Shown here: positions 38,391 to 52,419 of the stretch, one piece after another
Position numbering within the stretch: the first letter of the stretch is position 1
How the letters are laid out: each line of letters begins with the position of its first letter
DNA from: Rhina ancylostomus
Lineage: Eukaryota
Assembly (NCBI GenBank): GCA_030265395.1
Contig: JARFYF010000112.1
Span: 28,943,196-29,007,195 of the forward strand
DNA length: 64,000 nt
Reading direction: 5' to 3'
The notes under the pieces: model-generated
The model's database searches: none
Seen by the model: only the letters and a program-made list of their open reading frames with translations
Told to the model about the DNA's origin: nothing
Translations under genes and position numbers: made by a program

Positions 38391-39539
38391 AGAACAAAAC
38401 CTGGATGAGACTGATCTGGGAAGTGGTTGACAAAGTGGACAGAGAGCAAAGGTTTTTGAGCTAATGCTTAGACTCACATCCATGTTTAGACCAGAAAGTG
38501 CACAGCATCAGGAGAAATTTGAGAATTCCAATCCAGAATATGGTGTTAAAGAAATGGATTGATATAGACAGCCAAAAACAGAAGGCGGATGAAAAGTCAA
38601 GGCATCAGAGCGAGTTACAAAGTGGTAATGATTAGACTTGTGGACAGATGGAGATATTTGCCAAGCGGTGAATACTGGATATTACTTTGGAGGAAGTAAT
38701 TGTAAACTGCTTCACAGATGGGGAGTGATTGAGGTCCCTTGTGGTTTGTGATGCAATTTAAGCCTGCCTTGATTAAATTACTGCCTTTTAATCATTCCCA
38801 GGTATCCATTATTCTTTGTATAATTTGTATCATGTTCAGGAAATTCCATTTCAACACAAAACCTTTTTTCTGTTTTCTATCCAACTAATTGCTCTTTTGA
38901 TGTTAAAAATAGCCCTGCAAAACCAAAAGGCTGAACTACCAACTGTCCTTTACCCCCAAGTACTCAATTTTCCACAACTGTTAGATGAACTATATGAAAA
39001 ACATAGCTGCTGGACCCATCTATTGGTAGATAGTTAAATTATTAAAGCTGCCATATTAGATATGAATACAATTTGAGTAGTCCAAAATAACCACATCAGT
39101 GGGGTCCACCATCAACTTGATTTCAAAGGTGCACTCTGGTTTGAAACAGTCTTACCATGAAAAGTATGAGTGGACTCCATTGCATTTCACTGTTTAATCA
39201 TCCCTTTTCAATCCCTGGCTGAGTTCAGTTCCCTATCCTAATTGTTTTCATTATTAAATACACTTCAGAGGTGTGATCCCTCAACTGGAAATCTGCATTG
39301 CCACTGCATGGCAGAGAAGAAAAAATTGAATTTAGAGAGCATGGAAGATAATAATTTGCTGTTAAATATACATAATGGGGACTTAGGATGTTAAAAATAT
39401 CCCATTAACTTGATACATGGATGACATTATGACGGCGGTTGAGAAATGGGCCCTTTTCAATAAAGAAAGAAGCTTAAGAAAATATCTAATAAAAAAGCTT
39501 AACATTTTAAAGGATTTTGATTTGATGAGAACAAATTTT

Positions 39540-39890
39540 GCCACTGGTCAATGGATTGGTAATTGGAGAGCTTAACTTTAAGGTAATGATTGAAAGAAGA
39601 AAGAGACAGGCCAAAATAATTATTTTGCAACACAGAAAACTGCTTAGGCATCGAGTGCCTTCCAGGAATGGCGATGGATGCAGAATCCATGGCATCTTTT
39701 AAAAGGGAAGGCCATAATGCTTTAACAGCAATATATTTAGAAGGGAATGTAGAAAGGGTTGAAGGGGAGGTGGTGGAGTCAGTGGTGGGGAGGGGGGAGA
39801 GGAACAAAATGGATAGTGTTCAGAAAGCCACTACAGCCACCCCAGGTTGAATGGGCTCTTTCTCTGCTATAAATTACAATGATTCTGTAG
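39540..39890 (+). mobile_element. Degenerate CR1 3' fragment
   Basis: GATGCAGAATCCATGGCATCTTTTAAAAGGGA and GAATGGGCTCTTTCTCTGCT tail. Confidence 0.55.
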
Positions 39891-40372
39891 CATTTGTTCA
39901 TTTTGGCAATATTTGTCTAGAAATTCAAGCTTGACTGATGGCACTAAACATATGACAGTGTGATTGTGTTAGCACATTGTATTCTGCCTCTGGACTTGCT
40001 TCCATTTACAGTACTATAAGTGATGTTGGCACATTTTATGATCAAAATAAAAATCTGCTTTATTCCCTGCGCCCTCCCCAACCCACCACAAATGGTAGTT
40101 TGAATTTGCTCTGAGGTGAACAGGGATATCAAGGAAAGACAAAGAAAATACTCCCTCCATATTTTGTAAATAGAACTAAGGAAAGTTTGCAGCATTCTCA
40201 AAAAATTACATGAAGATTACACAGTGTACCTGTAAGCATTAAATTCATCTTACTGATGCATTTAATATTAATCATGTTAAGGTTAATAAAATTAATGTAT
40301 TCAAAGAAGGAACTGCTCCATTCGCCCTCGGGGCATTGGTCGTGCTGGACTAACAGATGTTCTAGACTGATG

Positions 40373-40532
40373 ACAAAAAAAGACTGCAGTTGCAGGAATC
40401 TGGAACAAAAAAAACAAACACTGGAAGAACTCAGCAGGCCACACAGAACTGATGAAGGGTTTTGAACCAAACCATCAACATACACCCCTTGCCTCCACAG
40501 ATACTGTTTGACCTTCTGAGCTCTTCCAGATT
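40373..40532. mobile_element. Penelope-type unit with intact CTGATGA core and diverged 13-bp TSD
   Basis: CTGATGAAGGGTTTTGAACC at about 40449; flanks TTCTAGACTGATG / TTCTGGGCTGATG. Confidence 0.75.
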
Positions 40533-42427
40533 TTCTGGGCTGATGGATGTCCATTCTGTTAATACCTCAACAAGCTTTTAATTACTTTTTTTAGATGTTA
40601 AATGGTATAGTGAAATTCTCCAGGTAAGTTGAAAGGGAACGTGGGAACTGGGGCCCCAATAAATTGGAAGAGAGTGCAGAAACCATGGCCCTGTTCAGTT
40701 GGAAGGGAGGCAGTAGACATCACCTGGTGAGCCAAATCACCAGATACTGGATAATCACAGCTTTTCTGCACATTTGCATCCATGCTGCTTTCAATTTCTT
40801 CATAGGTACAGAGGAGAAACAAAAAGAAATTAATCTTGAGGTTCTTAAGAATAACCAAAAAAATCCAGCAGGTTTTGTAGAGTCAAGAAAGGCAATAAGT
40901 GAGATCACAAGACTTTTTTTACATATCCCATGGAAGAGAATTACATGTATTTCTTATGCTAGACCTTTAATAAGTTTTTCCACAGACATTAATGAGCCTT
41001 TTTATCTAACTCTCCTTTTTTCCCCCAATCGAAACTGAAAAGATGTGATTGCATCAATAACAGAACAAAAGCCTGTTAATGTTTTTATCACCTATTTACT
41101 GCCTATTTACCTATCACCTATTTACATTCTTTTGTAACGATTAACACCCAGAGCAGAATACCTCCATTAATCCCCATATTGCAGCAATTCTCTGATTCCA
41201 TGTTCATATTCCCTTGAAATAGGATAATACATCATTACATAAAATTATGCCATAAACATATTGTACAGTATGCTTGACAAATTTCCTTATTTAAACCCAA
41301 CAAGTTAACTTAAGTTTCTCACAGGAACAAAGATAAATAAATTTCCTTTTTCACGATTTTTATATCACATTAGTCAACTGTAGCCTGACTTAAAGTGACA
41401 ATCACTCTCCCATAATTCTTAGACATGCTCAGTGGATCCTGGTCTAATGACTGCAATGTAATATACAACTGATGGTCTAATTTGGCTGTCATCTGTTCCT
41501 CAAAGGCTCCCTGTCCCAGATAGATGGTTGTATGCAATGCTCCCACTTTCATTTACCGAGCTGAGATCACTCTGCTGTTGAGGTCAAACAGATACTTAAC
41601 TGGAGGAGAACAACCTTCAAGAACTGGACAGATTCCTGATGAAAAATAAATCACTTTGTTTCAAGGATTTTTAAAGCAAAAAACATAAATCCATCTTCTG
41701 GTCCCAGTGATAACTATAATGTACAGTACAACCTTTTAAGCTTTTGACTGTTAAGCATCCTGCATAAGTGATAGGAAACAATGATCTTGAGTCAGAAGAA
41801 ATTGTGTCTGCAGTTAACCATGAATTAAAATGCAAAATTAAAATGCTATAAATAAAAATGTGTCCGCTCTTGGTAATAAATCACAGTGGTCATGGGTAGG
41901 AGTCTGTACTAGCAGCAGGTAGCTTGAAATGGAAATATAAAGTTTTGTATTTGGTTAGTTTGATGCCATCTCCCAGTGTGAGGACTGGTTCATCAACTGG
42001 ACCTGGCCCATGTCCATCAGTCAAACCAGAACAGAGATCCAGTGACAAAGTTGAAATCAATAGGGAAGTTACTGATACAAAAGTATGAGCTGAGCCTTAA
42101 AAGAGCAACTTTGGTTGACTAGTTCCTATTGCAGCTCTTCTGTATGGCAGTTTCACAAAATATCATGTGCATTGTTCTTGGAGCAACATTAAACCACTCA
42201 AATGAATTAACTTAATTTTGTTGCGCTTGTCCAGCCAACCTAGGCATGTACCCACACATAAAGAACTTAATTAACTGCTGCATCAGGACTGCACAGACTG
42301 TTTATGGTGTATTGTACTATACTCTGTACTTGTGGCTCAGGTGATAATAGATGATGCAAAAGCCACAGCTAATGAAAGTTACATAAGCTTAGCGGAAATT
42401 CCCAAAATCCTTCAGCAAATATACTAT

Positions 42428-42680
42428 TATGGCGACTTACCTTTCACAAACCGGCTCCCAGGATCACGAGCGTCGTCAGAGGCCCCGACACAAGATGGTG
42501 CGGGGCACTCCTCCTTTGTTGGGCTAGTGGAGCCCACGCGCGGGAAGGTCACATGACCTGCGCGTGACATCAGCGCGGGAACTGAGTTTATTAAAGGGGC
42601 AGCGCACCCCAGTCGTTCATTTGACTCTTGGACTCCAAATGAGTGCCTCGTGTCTTTATTCAGTGCAGCTGGCCGCTACA
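42428..42680 (+). mobile_element. Solo LTR (Gypsy-like), 253 bp, 4-bp TSD CTAT
   Basis: CTAT|TATGGCG ... CGCTACA|CTAT; CpG-rich against the background; TATA-like TTTATTAAA; strand inferred from that box. Confidence 0.8.
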
Positions 42681-43004
42681 CTATCAATTCCTCATACAAA
42701 TTTGTTGGGGATTATCCAATGGTGGAAACTTGATAAAAATAAATGTTAAATCTTCAGCTTAGAAGCCAGCAAGACAACCACAGATTTTCCAGCTCTCAGG
42801 TAGGAAAATTTGCCCACTGAGTCTGTCCCATTACCCCTGGTTCAAGTACTATAGTCCCACTGAAATGAATGAGAATAGTGGCTGTCCACAGAATGATTAG
42901 TCTGTGTGTTTCTGTGTCATTGACAGTGTTTAAGTTCTTTTAATTGTATCATTAAAAATATTTTAAATATCAGAGGATGTAGCTGAAAACGTTCCTCAGT
43001 ATAA

Positions 43005-43300
43005 TTATCCATCCCAGTCCCAGTCTGACCTTTTTCTTTGCGGCCTCCAAAACTGTTCCATGGAAATCCAATGTAAACTGGAGGAAAAGCACCTCATCTT
43101 CCATCTGGGCAAATTACAGACCTCCGGTCTTGATATTGACTTCAATAATTTCAGACAACTTGCCTTTTCTGTTTTTTTAATTGAAACTGGCCAATTCTGG
43201 TGCAAGTTCATCCATTCATCTAATGTTATCTCCATGTTTTGCTCTCCACAGATCTTGCCTGATCAGCTGGGTATTCCCAACATTCTCGTTTAGGTTTCAG
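43005..43300 (+). mobile_element. Penelope-like element: GIY-YIG C-terminus plus terminal unit
   Basis: ORF 43060..43293 QCKLEEKHLIFHLGKLQTSGLDIDFNNFR, then CTCTCCACAGATCTTGCCTGATCAGCTG. Confidence 0.85.
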
Positions 43301-43849
43301 GTGCCTTCAACAGCTCTGACCTGAATTTCATAGTTTTAAAATGTCCCTTTGCCTCTAATTCCCCTCAGTAATTTATTGACCCGGTGGCTCTATAAACATT
43401 GGAATCACCTGGAAAACCTTGACCTCGCTCTATCAGAGGTCTTTCCTCTGTTCTATCCATCCCTCCCCTACCTGCTGAGTTGTTCCAGCATTTTCTATTT
43501 TTATCTCAATAAGCCTTGGGGTTGAGTCTCTTTGGTCATCTAAACTATTCTGGGAGTGCAGCTGACCACTTATGCTTGGAGTGCTGCTTCTGTAAAATAG
43601 CATGCTAAACTGGGCCTCCCCAGTCAGCTGAAAACTGGCTTCCCACCAGGAGATTGCATCCGCATCTTCACTGGAAGAAATAAAGTAGTCTAAGGCAATG
43701 TGATCTTGGGGTCATGGGAAGATTAGCTTCATTAATAATCCTCATTGATCTAAAGCTGTCCTTCATTTGGACCGTAATGAATTTTTTTAACATGATTCTA
43801 CAGAAATCTTTCCACGAGCATATCCTTGAGGTTCTGGTAGGTTGCCAAG

Positions 43850-43985
43850 TCAATTCTCCATCCCATTCCCAGTGTGACCTCTCTGCCCTCTTCCTCTGAG
43901 CCTGTTCCAATGAAGTTCAATAGAATCTCAAGGAAAAACATTTCAACTAGTTGATTAAGCACTTCACAATCTTCCAAATGCAACA
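43850..43985 (+). mobile_element. Second Penelope GIY-YIG remnant
   Basis: AATTCTCCATCCCATTCCCAGTGTGACCTCTCT parallels 43005-43040. Confidence 0.65.
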
Positions 43986-44494
43986 CTGGCTTGCATTTTG
44001 CATTGAGTAGTGAATCACACTTACTGTCATTATGGATTAAGGCAGCAACTTCTAGAAGAAATCTGGAAACTGCATTCCCAGTTATCCTGCTTCTTCAATG
44101 GTGATGCTGTTAACTGACTGGCAACTAATAGGCAATAAGTGGGTTTTAATTACCCACTAGACTATGTGAAGGCAGGTATATTTAGGTGCAAGTAAATTTT
44201 CAAACAGTGTTACAAACATCAAATACCATCAAACAATCTCCATGGCCCTGAATATTCTTATTGTTGAAAATGTTTTTATAAAGCATTTTACAATCTTTAT
44301 CTGCTTTGTGAGTGTCCCATAATCTCATTTGTATTTCCCCTGCTTTTGTTCACTTTCTGCACAAGAATACACCATGGATTAGAGATCCTACTTACCACTT
44401 TACACTCTGTAGGCTAGAAATTCTTTGTTATGCAAAAGTACATGTTGAAGCAGTGCTGCACAAGGGATCAATCTATGATGTTAACTCAGATTCT

Positions 44495-44585
44495 CCCTAA
44501 ACAGATGCTGCCTGACCTGCTGAATATCTCAAGCATTTAATGCTTTTATTTCAAATTTACAGGAATGTTGTATTTTGCTTTTGTG
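44495..44585 (+). repeat. Penelope-associated terminal unit
   Basis: ACAGATGCTGCCTGACCTGCTGAATATCTCAAGCAT. Confidence 0.7.
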
Positions 44586-45230
44586 TCACTGCATTATGTG
44601 GGAAGTATGATTTCACAACCTTTAGCTAAGGATCAAATTCTGAATTTTACAAACTTCAGAGCTGTTATTGAGTTTGCTTACGAAGTCAGGAGGGTGTAAC
44701 TGCATACCCAGTTAGGTTAGACCATGATAAACCTAGCATCGGGACCTCACTATTTCCAGAAAGTTACTTAATTGAAAAAGAGGGAGTCCAATTTCAATGC
44801 TGTGATCTTTGAATGAATTGATGTGGATTTCAACTATATCAGATCATTTGACAAGGCTCTAACCTTCTGTTCTGTAGCAGAATGGAGTGTAACTCAATCA
44901 TAAAAGATTCATCTGGAGGGCATAATCTTAATGAGTTTCAGCTGATCTCAGACAGGCTGCACCTCACCTCACGGATGAAAAAAGAAAAGAAGGATGAGCC
45001 ACTCTTCTACATTAAGCAGACTCCAGCTGGCTGATTAAACAGCATCCTCAACTTCAAAGCCATGAAGTCGAGTACCTGCATTTCTCTTCAATTTGCACAG
45101 TTGAAGGAGACTACATGTAGATGAAAGCCCTTCTACCCCCAACGAACCAGGGATGGGGGCAGGGAAGCGAAATGTTCAGGAATTCTAAATAAATTTTTTA
45201 AGGCAAGATTGCAAGCCTAGAATAAGCAAA

Positions 45231-45517
45231 ACATAGTGTAGCAGTTAGCGTAACGCTATTACAGCGCCAGCAACCTGGGTTCAATTCTGGCCACAGTCTG
45301 TAAGGAGTTACTATGTTTTCTCCATACCTGCGTGGGTTTCCTCCAGGTGCTCTGGTTTCCTCCCACATTCCAAAGATGTACGGGTTAGGAAGTTATGGGC
45401 ATGCTATTTTTGTACCGGAAGCGTGGCAACACTTGCGGGCTGCTCCCAGAACACTCTAAGCAAAAGCTGCATTTCACTGTGTGTTTTGATGTACATGTGA
45501 CTAATAAAGATATCTTA
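45231..45517 (+). mobile_element. Full-length V-SINE with Rex1-like tail
   Basis: A box TAGTGTAGCAG, B box GGTTCAATTCT, V core, tail TTTCACTGTGTGTTTTGATGTACATGTGACTAATAAAGATATCTTA. Confidence 0.92.
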
Positions 45518-46699
45518 AAAATCAAAAGTACAATTTCTGTGCAGAAACCATAAACTACTGTGCCGATCAAAGCTATCTGGTTTCAGACATTTTACTTCAA
45601 TACTCCTGAATCACTGTCTTAAACAACTAATTGTGGTCCCAGCATGATGTTATAGACTGAAGTGTAGAGATCATATTAGGCAAATGTTTCTTTAAGTGGA
45701 GATATGCTTCAAATCAAAGCTTACACAAAGCCATAAGGGAAAGAGGTTAAAGAATAGGACTGTCAGCACTTTGGTTCCAGAAAGATATACAGCTGGATAT
45801 ACAAGTGAAATTGGCTTGGACCATAATGAAGGCTTGCCTAGGAGCTATATTTTAAAAGAGGCCTCTCATCAAAGTGGCTGCTGACTTGCTGAATGAAGAC
45901 TATGCAGTGGTGATGTCTTCTCCCCCTTAACACTGAAATAAATAGCAATGCCTTCCAAGCCTTCTCTAGTACAACTTTTTCCATGGGAGTGCTTGTACTG
46001 AAACAGCAGGAAAACAAGGTCTTGGAGCCTTAAAATCCAAACTATGACCACAAACCAAATAAAAAACAGTTGGAGCAATTTTCCTTTGAGTTACCAAAAG
46101 CCGAGAGATAACCGTCGCACATCCACTTTGCGGCAACATAAAAATGAAACCAATGTAATAAAAAGTTAATTGTCTCCTCCCCTCATTAACCATGCATGAG
46201 AGATATTTAAAAAACATATTAAAATTAAAGAGTACTTTGTCCTATTCTGTGACTTCTTGAGTTATCACTTTGATACTCAAGAAGTAATACTACCACTGCA
46301 GATGGTCCTCAGAATGATGATAAAACATTCTAAACATGTGTAATGAGAGAGAAAATAGACAAAGATAACAAAATGAATATTATGAATTATTCTGAGATCT
46401 GGACAGGAAATCAGTTAAGTTTCAAATTTGCTGTTACTTTCTGATATGTACCAAAAGCAGAGGGCATTTATTTGCTGTCAACCATTGAACTTAAGTCTCA
46501 GGAGAGACATGCGACCATTTACAATGATAAAGTGAATTCTGTACCTTTACTTCATCAGAACAGACACAGGTATAGGCGAGGATTATTACACAACCAATTT
46601 CCACAGTAAATATTTCTATTAAACAGAAAACAAAATATCCAAATCCACTTTCCATCTATAGAAGGGAATAGCATTAACCACCCAAATTAGTTTATTTAG

Positions 46700-47190
46700 A
46701 ATATCTTTAATATTTTCCCATCCCTCACTTCAAAATTAATAATTTTGCTTCACTTCACTTTCTGCAAGTTCATTTCAGACATTCATCACTTTCTACATGG
46801 AGAATATCTTGCAATCTGCCTTTCACGTGGTATTTATATCATGGAAACAGGCCACTTGGCCCAGCTGCTCTAACCACATCGGCACAATCTTTTCCTTTCC
46901 TCCAAGCTCATTTATATACCTTTATCTTCAAGGCATATCCATCTGCTTAAACTGTTCCCTGTGTTAACAGGTTCCACATTGAAAACACTTCTTTTCAGCT
47001 CCTTATTGAAAGTATTAGTGAATACCTCAAGTTTATGGCCCCTGATTTTAGACTCCCTCCCGTGCCCTCCCCAACCACCTCCACAAGTGGAGACATCTGT
47101 TTCTATCAAGCTGCTTCATAATTTTAAAGATCCCTACCTTTTTTAGTCGACTCCTTGAGAGAAAATTGTATTAGCTTGTTTATTTGCCCG
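46700..47190 (-). mobile_element. Old CR1 3' fragments
   Basis: Minus ESKIRGHKLEV motif; ACAGGCCACTTGGCCCA UTR. Confidence 0.55.
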
Positions 47191-47299
47191 AGAGCTTTAA
47201 CACATCATTAATGAAAGCCGAGGTTGTCTATGATCTAGTGCATCTCTGTGAGCAACACAGTTGCACTTTGACCATTAGAACCTTCCTTTTCAGATAGTA

Positions 47300-48320
47300 A
47301 GTAAATATGTGTGACCTTCCAGTGCTGTCTGTGTTTATTTCTTCCAGCGTTAACAGTTTTTCTTTTTGCCATAATCTCTTTTATCTGAGAGGAATAGTGA
47401 AAATACTGGCTGCATAAGACAGGTTGGCCTGCATTGTCTTCCACATCAGCTGGCAGTTCCGGAGAAAACTGCCAGCTAATAGCATTGTGTACATCAGCAC
47501 ATCCTAACTCCATGTCTGCCCACTGTTGTGTGGAAGAACAGAACATGTCGGAAGTCAGATGTCACAGTTCAGAGGTGAACCTCACTGATCTGACAGGCCA
47601 AATGCACTTCATATCTGGCCCATCATCCTTACACTGGCCATGCCTGGTGAGTGCAGCAAGTCCCATTCATATGAAAGGATTGTTGATCCTCAATGAGAAA
47701 GGAAGGTGGAGGAAGTAATTTCTTTTCTCACCTTATAAATTAGTTAAAAACATAAACATAACATCGGTTTTTACATAAATGTATATTTTATTTTTAATAA
47801 TTTTAAAATGATTTAAATCTGCATCAAATGTTCTTAAATATTTTGATGATCAAAAACATTGAGAAACTTTTGAGAGGGCAAGTTGTCAAAAAGCCATCAG
47901 AGTGGTCCAGGGAACTGTCACCTGAGGCTTGTTGGGCTCTCACAGTGCGACAGGTTCAGAAGTGGGCCCTCTGGCTCAACTGGACCTTCAGGGATGCAAC
48001 GTGGTAGGGCAACCGCAGGGATCGCACTGGTGGGAGAGGATAATCACCAAGCACAGGTCTGGTAGTGCATGATCTGGCCCATTCACTCTGCATTATACAC
48101 AGTACAATTGTGTCTTTATGCGGACCAGTTGATCTCACCAAAATATAAGACACACTGGCCTAGTAATCTGTCGACATGTGAAAACTGCATGGAGATAAGT
48201 GTCAGTTTGATCAATGTTGAGAGGATGCAACATTTCAGTCCTCATGAGGTGCAATGCATTGTGCTTGTTAGAATGAAGAGACCCCGACTGCTGTGTGTAA
48301 CTCCGTATAAAACATGCGGT
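47300..48320. mobile_element. Possible Harbinger fossil
   Basis: Plus HSALYTVQLC..HWPS and MQHFSPHEVQCIVLV resemble HSLNVQLVC..FPGS and LQYSP.RV..IVVV. Confidence 0.3.
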
Positions 48321-49429
48321 TAGCCCAAAGTCAATGAAAGTGCTACCCTGCTTCCTACCATAACAGGAGCTTTTAGTGGGGCCACATTGGAGCAGATTTA
48401 CCCTCAAGTGATAAGGGATTTTGGAAATGGGAATCACATGCCTCCAACAATCAACAGGGCATTCCAGCACCAGAGAAAGCAGGCATCTAGAGATGGCAGT
48501 TGTCTGGATCCCACGACAAAAGATGAGGAAGTTACTTTGAAGAAGGACATCCTTGAGAACCATCCTGGATAAACACAGCCAGCCTCTCTAGAAGTGACCT
48601 AGTATGATGGGTTCTCTAATGAAGGAGCAGGTCAATTTTACAAGATTGCTACCTATTTGCCTTCAGGAAGCTTTGAAAGAAATACTTGCATTTCCATAGC
48701 ATCTTTTATAACCTCAGATTGTCCCAAAGTAGTTTACTGCCAATTAAGTAGTTTTTGATATATGCTCAATGAAGGAGTAGGTCTTCACCCTGTGTGTAAG
48801 GCATGCTCATGTAATCAAGATCCATGTCATCAGCAAATCAGTATTCCTATTAGCAAGTCATGAAATTGACATCAATCGTGTGTTGCAGTCCAATTGGAGT
48901 CACTTAAAAATTCCCAGTAGTTTCTGGATGTAAGTGGAGAACCATGCAATGATTTTCAGAATCAGGCTAATGTGTGCATCGAATTCACAATTAGGTTTTA
49001 GATCAAATTCCATTATATAGTGCAAAAATTGTTGCACCACATGACTGAATTCCTAAATCATTTCTTTTGGAGGATTGGGTGGTCTATTAATGTCCACACT
49101 AGTGAAAAACAACCAGACCTCACCAGATCACAAAAGCATCTGAGACTTTCCTGTCTGTTTCACTCAGAGGATAACAAGGTTTCATACATTCATGACATTG
49201 ATTTTAAACTTTCAAAATGTGTGCCTCCCTTTCCAAAAATAACATTCTACATAGTTCTGTAAATGCTTCACACATGCTCTTCTTGGCTTTTATTCAACAC
49301 AAGCAAATTTTGCCTCAAACAGCAGCACAATGACAGTGTTTGAGCAATTGAAGTATTAATCTTTTACAAAGCATTCACAGAATAAGTTTTAGAACTTATT
49401 CTATTTTTTTGTTGTGTGATCCATTAAAT

Positions 49430-49715
49430 CTGCTCTCTCATGTGGAGCTAAAAGATCCCATGTTGTACTTCTGTGAAGAGCAGGGATGTTATCCCTGGTG
49501 TCCCGGCCACTATTTAAACCTCAATAAACATCAATAAGTCAAGCATTTGATCCATGACATATTTGTGTGTATGGGAGCTTGCTGTGCGTGAATTGGCTCC
49601 TCATGTTTCCTATTTTCAACAGTGAGCATCTATCAAAAACCTCTTCATTGGCTGTAAATCACTTTGGCACAATCTGAAGTCATAAAAGATGCTACAGAAA
49701 TACAAGTATTTCTTT
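49430..49715 (+). mobile_element. DeuSINE (SacSINE1-like)
   Basis: AAAAGATCCCATG..GAAGAGCAGGG..CCCTGGTGTCCCGGCC..TGGGAGCTTGCTGTGCGTGAATTGGCT..ATTGGCTGTAAATCACTTTGG. Confidence 0.85.
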
Positions 49716-50189
49716 CAAAGCTTCAGGAAGACAAATCGGTTGTAATTTTGTAAAAGGCAAAAAAGGGTTTCATATATCAACAAATCTGGAGATTCTCAGC
49801 AAAACTTATCAATGCTGTACCTTATCCTTCACACAGTAAAGAGTTAAAGCCACAGTTGAAAAACTTTAAACCTTAATTTTTCCTACGGGTCAAACTGGTA
49901 GATGTTATTGTAAGGCTACAGGTTCTGGGAATGGAACATCATTGTGTTCAAAGCCCTTTACTCCAACATACACAATATTTTATTCCATTGTACAAAAACG
50001 TTTGGAAAGAAAACACCAACAAAGCAATTATGCTCAGAGGAAGTTAAACTCATACTCCCAAATTTATACACACCTCACTTCTAGGTTAATTTCAATGGAA
50101 CAGGCTCTGTTAATCTTTACCCTTTACATAAACTTCTTAACTGTATCAATGAACTTTTAAAAAAAACTTAAGAACCCTTTAAATTTTCA

Positions 50190-50625
50190 CAGTCATGCAG
50201 CACAGAAACCGGCCCTTCGGCCCACTATGACAATGCTACCTGTTGTACCAACCTAAACTAATCCCTCTTACCAGTGTTTGGTCTGTACATTCTGCCTTAG
50301 TGATTTAAGTACTTGTCTAAATGCTTCTTAAGTGTTGTGAGAGTCTCTGCCTCCACCATCCTTTCATGCAGTGCAACCACAATCTGTGTGAAAAGCTTGC
50401 CCCTCAGATCCCTCTCCCTCATCCTACCTTTCACCTTAAACCTATGCCCTCTTGTCTTTGACACTCTCACCACGGGAAAAAGATTTTTTGCTATCTACCC
50501 TATCTATTCTCACAAAATTTATATACCTCTATAAAGTCAGCCCTCAGCCTCCTCCACTCAACAGAAAACAAACTTTGTCTATCCAATCACTCCTTATAAC
50601 CATAATGTTCCAATCCAGACAACAT
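50190..50625 (-). mobile_element. CR1 LINE 3' end
   Basis: ACAGAAACCGGCCCTTCGGCCCA UTR; CACCTTAAACCTATGCCCTCT. Confidence 0.9.
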
Positions 50626-50849
50626 GGTTCTTAAAATAGTTTACAACTAATAAATTACTCCTTAAAGTGTCAGAGCTGTTTTGAATAAAAAGAATTGGTT
50701 AACACAAATTTGTAATGAGAAGAACGTTTTCAGGTTTGGATTAAAGGGTGAAGGTGAGCCGGACCAAACTAACTCACTGCTCTCGGAAAAATGCTGCAGG
50801 TTATTCAAGCCCATGAGAAGATTCAGACTGAGCACTAATTTAATCCATA

Positions 50850-50990
50850 TTGGAAAGGCAGCACCTCTCACACTACAGTACTCCCTCAGTCCTGTTCACT
50901 ACATTACATAATCAAGTCTAGAATAGATTTTAAATCCACAAAACCACTCTCCCCTCTTGGAGGTGAGAACTGATTGATTGAGGTGGCACT
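50850..50990 (-). mobile_element. DeuSINE head fragment
   Basis: GAAAGGCAGCACCTCTCACACTACAGTACTCCCTCAGTCCTG. Confidence 0.55.
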
Positions 50991-51329
50991 TTGGTGAATA
51001 GGAACTGAAAGATTTTGGAGCCTATCAATGCACTGTATTTCACTGAATAGGGCAAAGAATTGCATCTTAGATTAACTCATGACAGTAGCTGAAATGCTCA
51101 ACTCATGGCCTGAAAAACATAGCCAAAGAAATTGTATTATGTATTGCAATGTTTTCGAAAGCCACCCTTTCAATCTTGATATGAAAAAGTGAAGGGATAC
51201 TTTGGTTTCCTGAGAGTTCCACGAAGTTCATGATCTTCATGCCCCCAACCTCCTCTGTGCACGTGATCTCCTAAAACTAAGACTGGAATGCAGGGTGGCA
51301 TCCAACCCACCAGTGTATTTCTGGACCCT

Positions 51330-51545
51330 GCTCAAGGCCCCTCGAGCTCGTCCGCCATTCAATATGATCATGGCGTATCTACCCAAGGCCACAACTCCTT
51401 TTCTGTGTCAGCAGCACATATCCCTCAATTCCCATATCTTTTAAAAAACTTATCCCTCCAATGATCCGGTCACGACAATCTTCTGGAGTGTAGAATTCCA
51501 GAGACTCCCCACCCTCTGAGAGAAGAAATTGCTACACAACTCAGA
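51330..51545 (-). mobile_element. CR1 LINE 3' fragment
   Basis: CCGCCATTCAATATGATCATGGC; GAATTCCAGAGACTCCCCACCCTCTGAGAGAAGAAATT. Confidence 0.85.
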
Positions 51546-52419
51546 TGGTTCTGGGATGGAGTGATTAGCTGGAAGTAGAAACTTAAAAAGACAAATCAAG
51601 CAGAAAAAATTGATGTAACAGGCGATTGTTTACCAACATCCATCTGGAGGAAGGGTAAAACTCCTTTTAATCTAAAAAGGGAAGTTCTTTGCTTATTTTC
51701 TCTCAAGAGGATCCTAATCAAACCACATTTTCAAAAAACACAGAAATTAAAGCCACACATTCCCATGTCATCATTAATTAGTCATTCATTAATCAGAGAA
51801 AAAGAGGCATCTTCCTGTTTTCCATTAGAAGAGGAATTCCAAGTCCACAGCTGACAAAATCAGCGGTTTTTGAGGCTTCAGTTCATGCTGACCACAGGGA
51901 ATATTTGGATAAAGTAGCTGTATACCTGAATGGGGACATGCTTTTACATTGATAAGTTAGCAAACATCTTAGCCATTTTGTTTTATCTTTTTGTAAGTCA
52001 ACCCAAAACCATTTGTGGCCCCAAACGGATGAAGGACATTGAAAGAGGCAAGCAATGCAACATGGAAATCAACTAAAAGAAATTTCAATGATCAGACAAA
52101 CAGGATAATAAGCAGCTTATTGATTTGCATTCAGCTTGAAGCTTTGCTATTAACAGTGGTATAAACAGTTGAGAATATTAAAAGACCATGGAAACTAATG
52201 ACAAAATTTCTCTATTCAACAGAATCATATTATGTGGTAAAGAAGTAATCTTTATGTCTGATGTTAAACCTGGTAGATTTTAAGTTATTCTTGATGGATA
52301 ATAAAGTGAGCAAGATGCTATGCTAATGAACAAGGTGGAGAACTAGGGTAATGTCATGAAACCAATAAAGTGCAGATAATCAGTACTGAATTTCAGATGA
52401 ATTTTTATTTAGTTTATAA

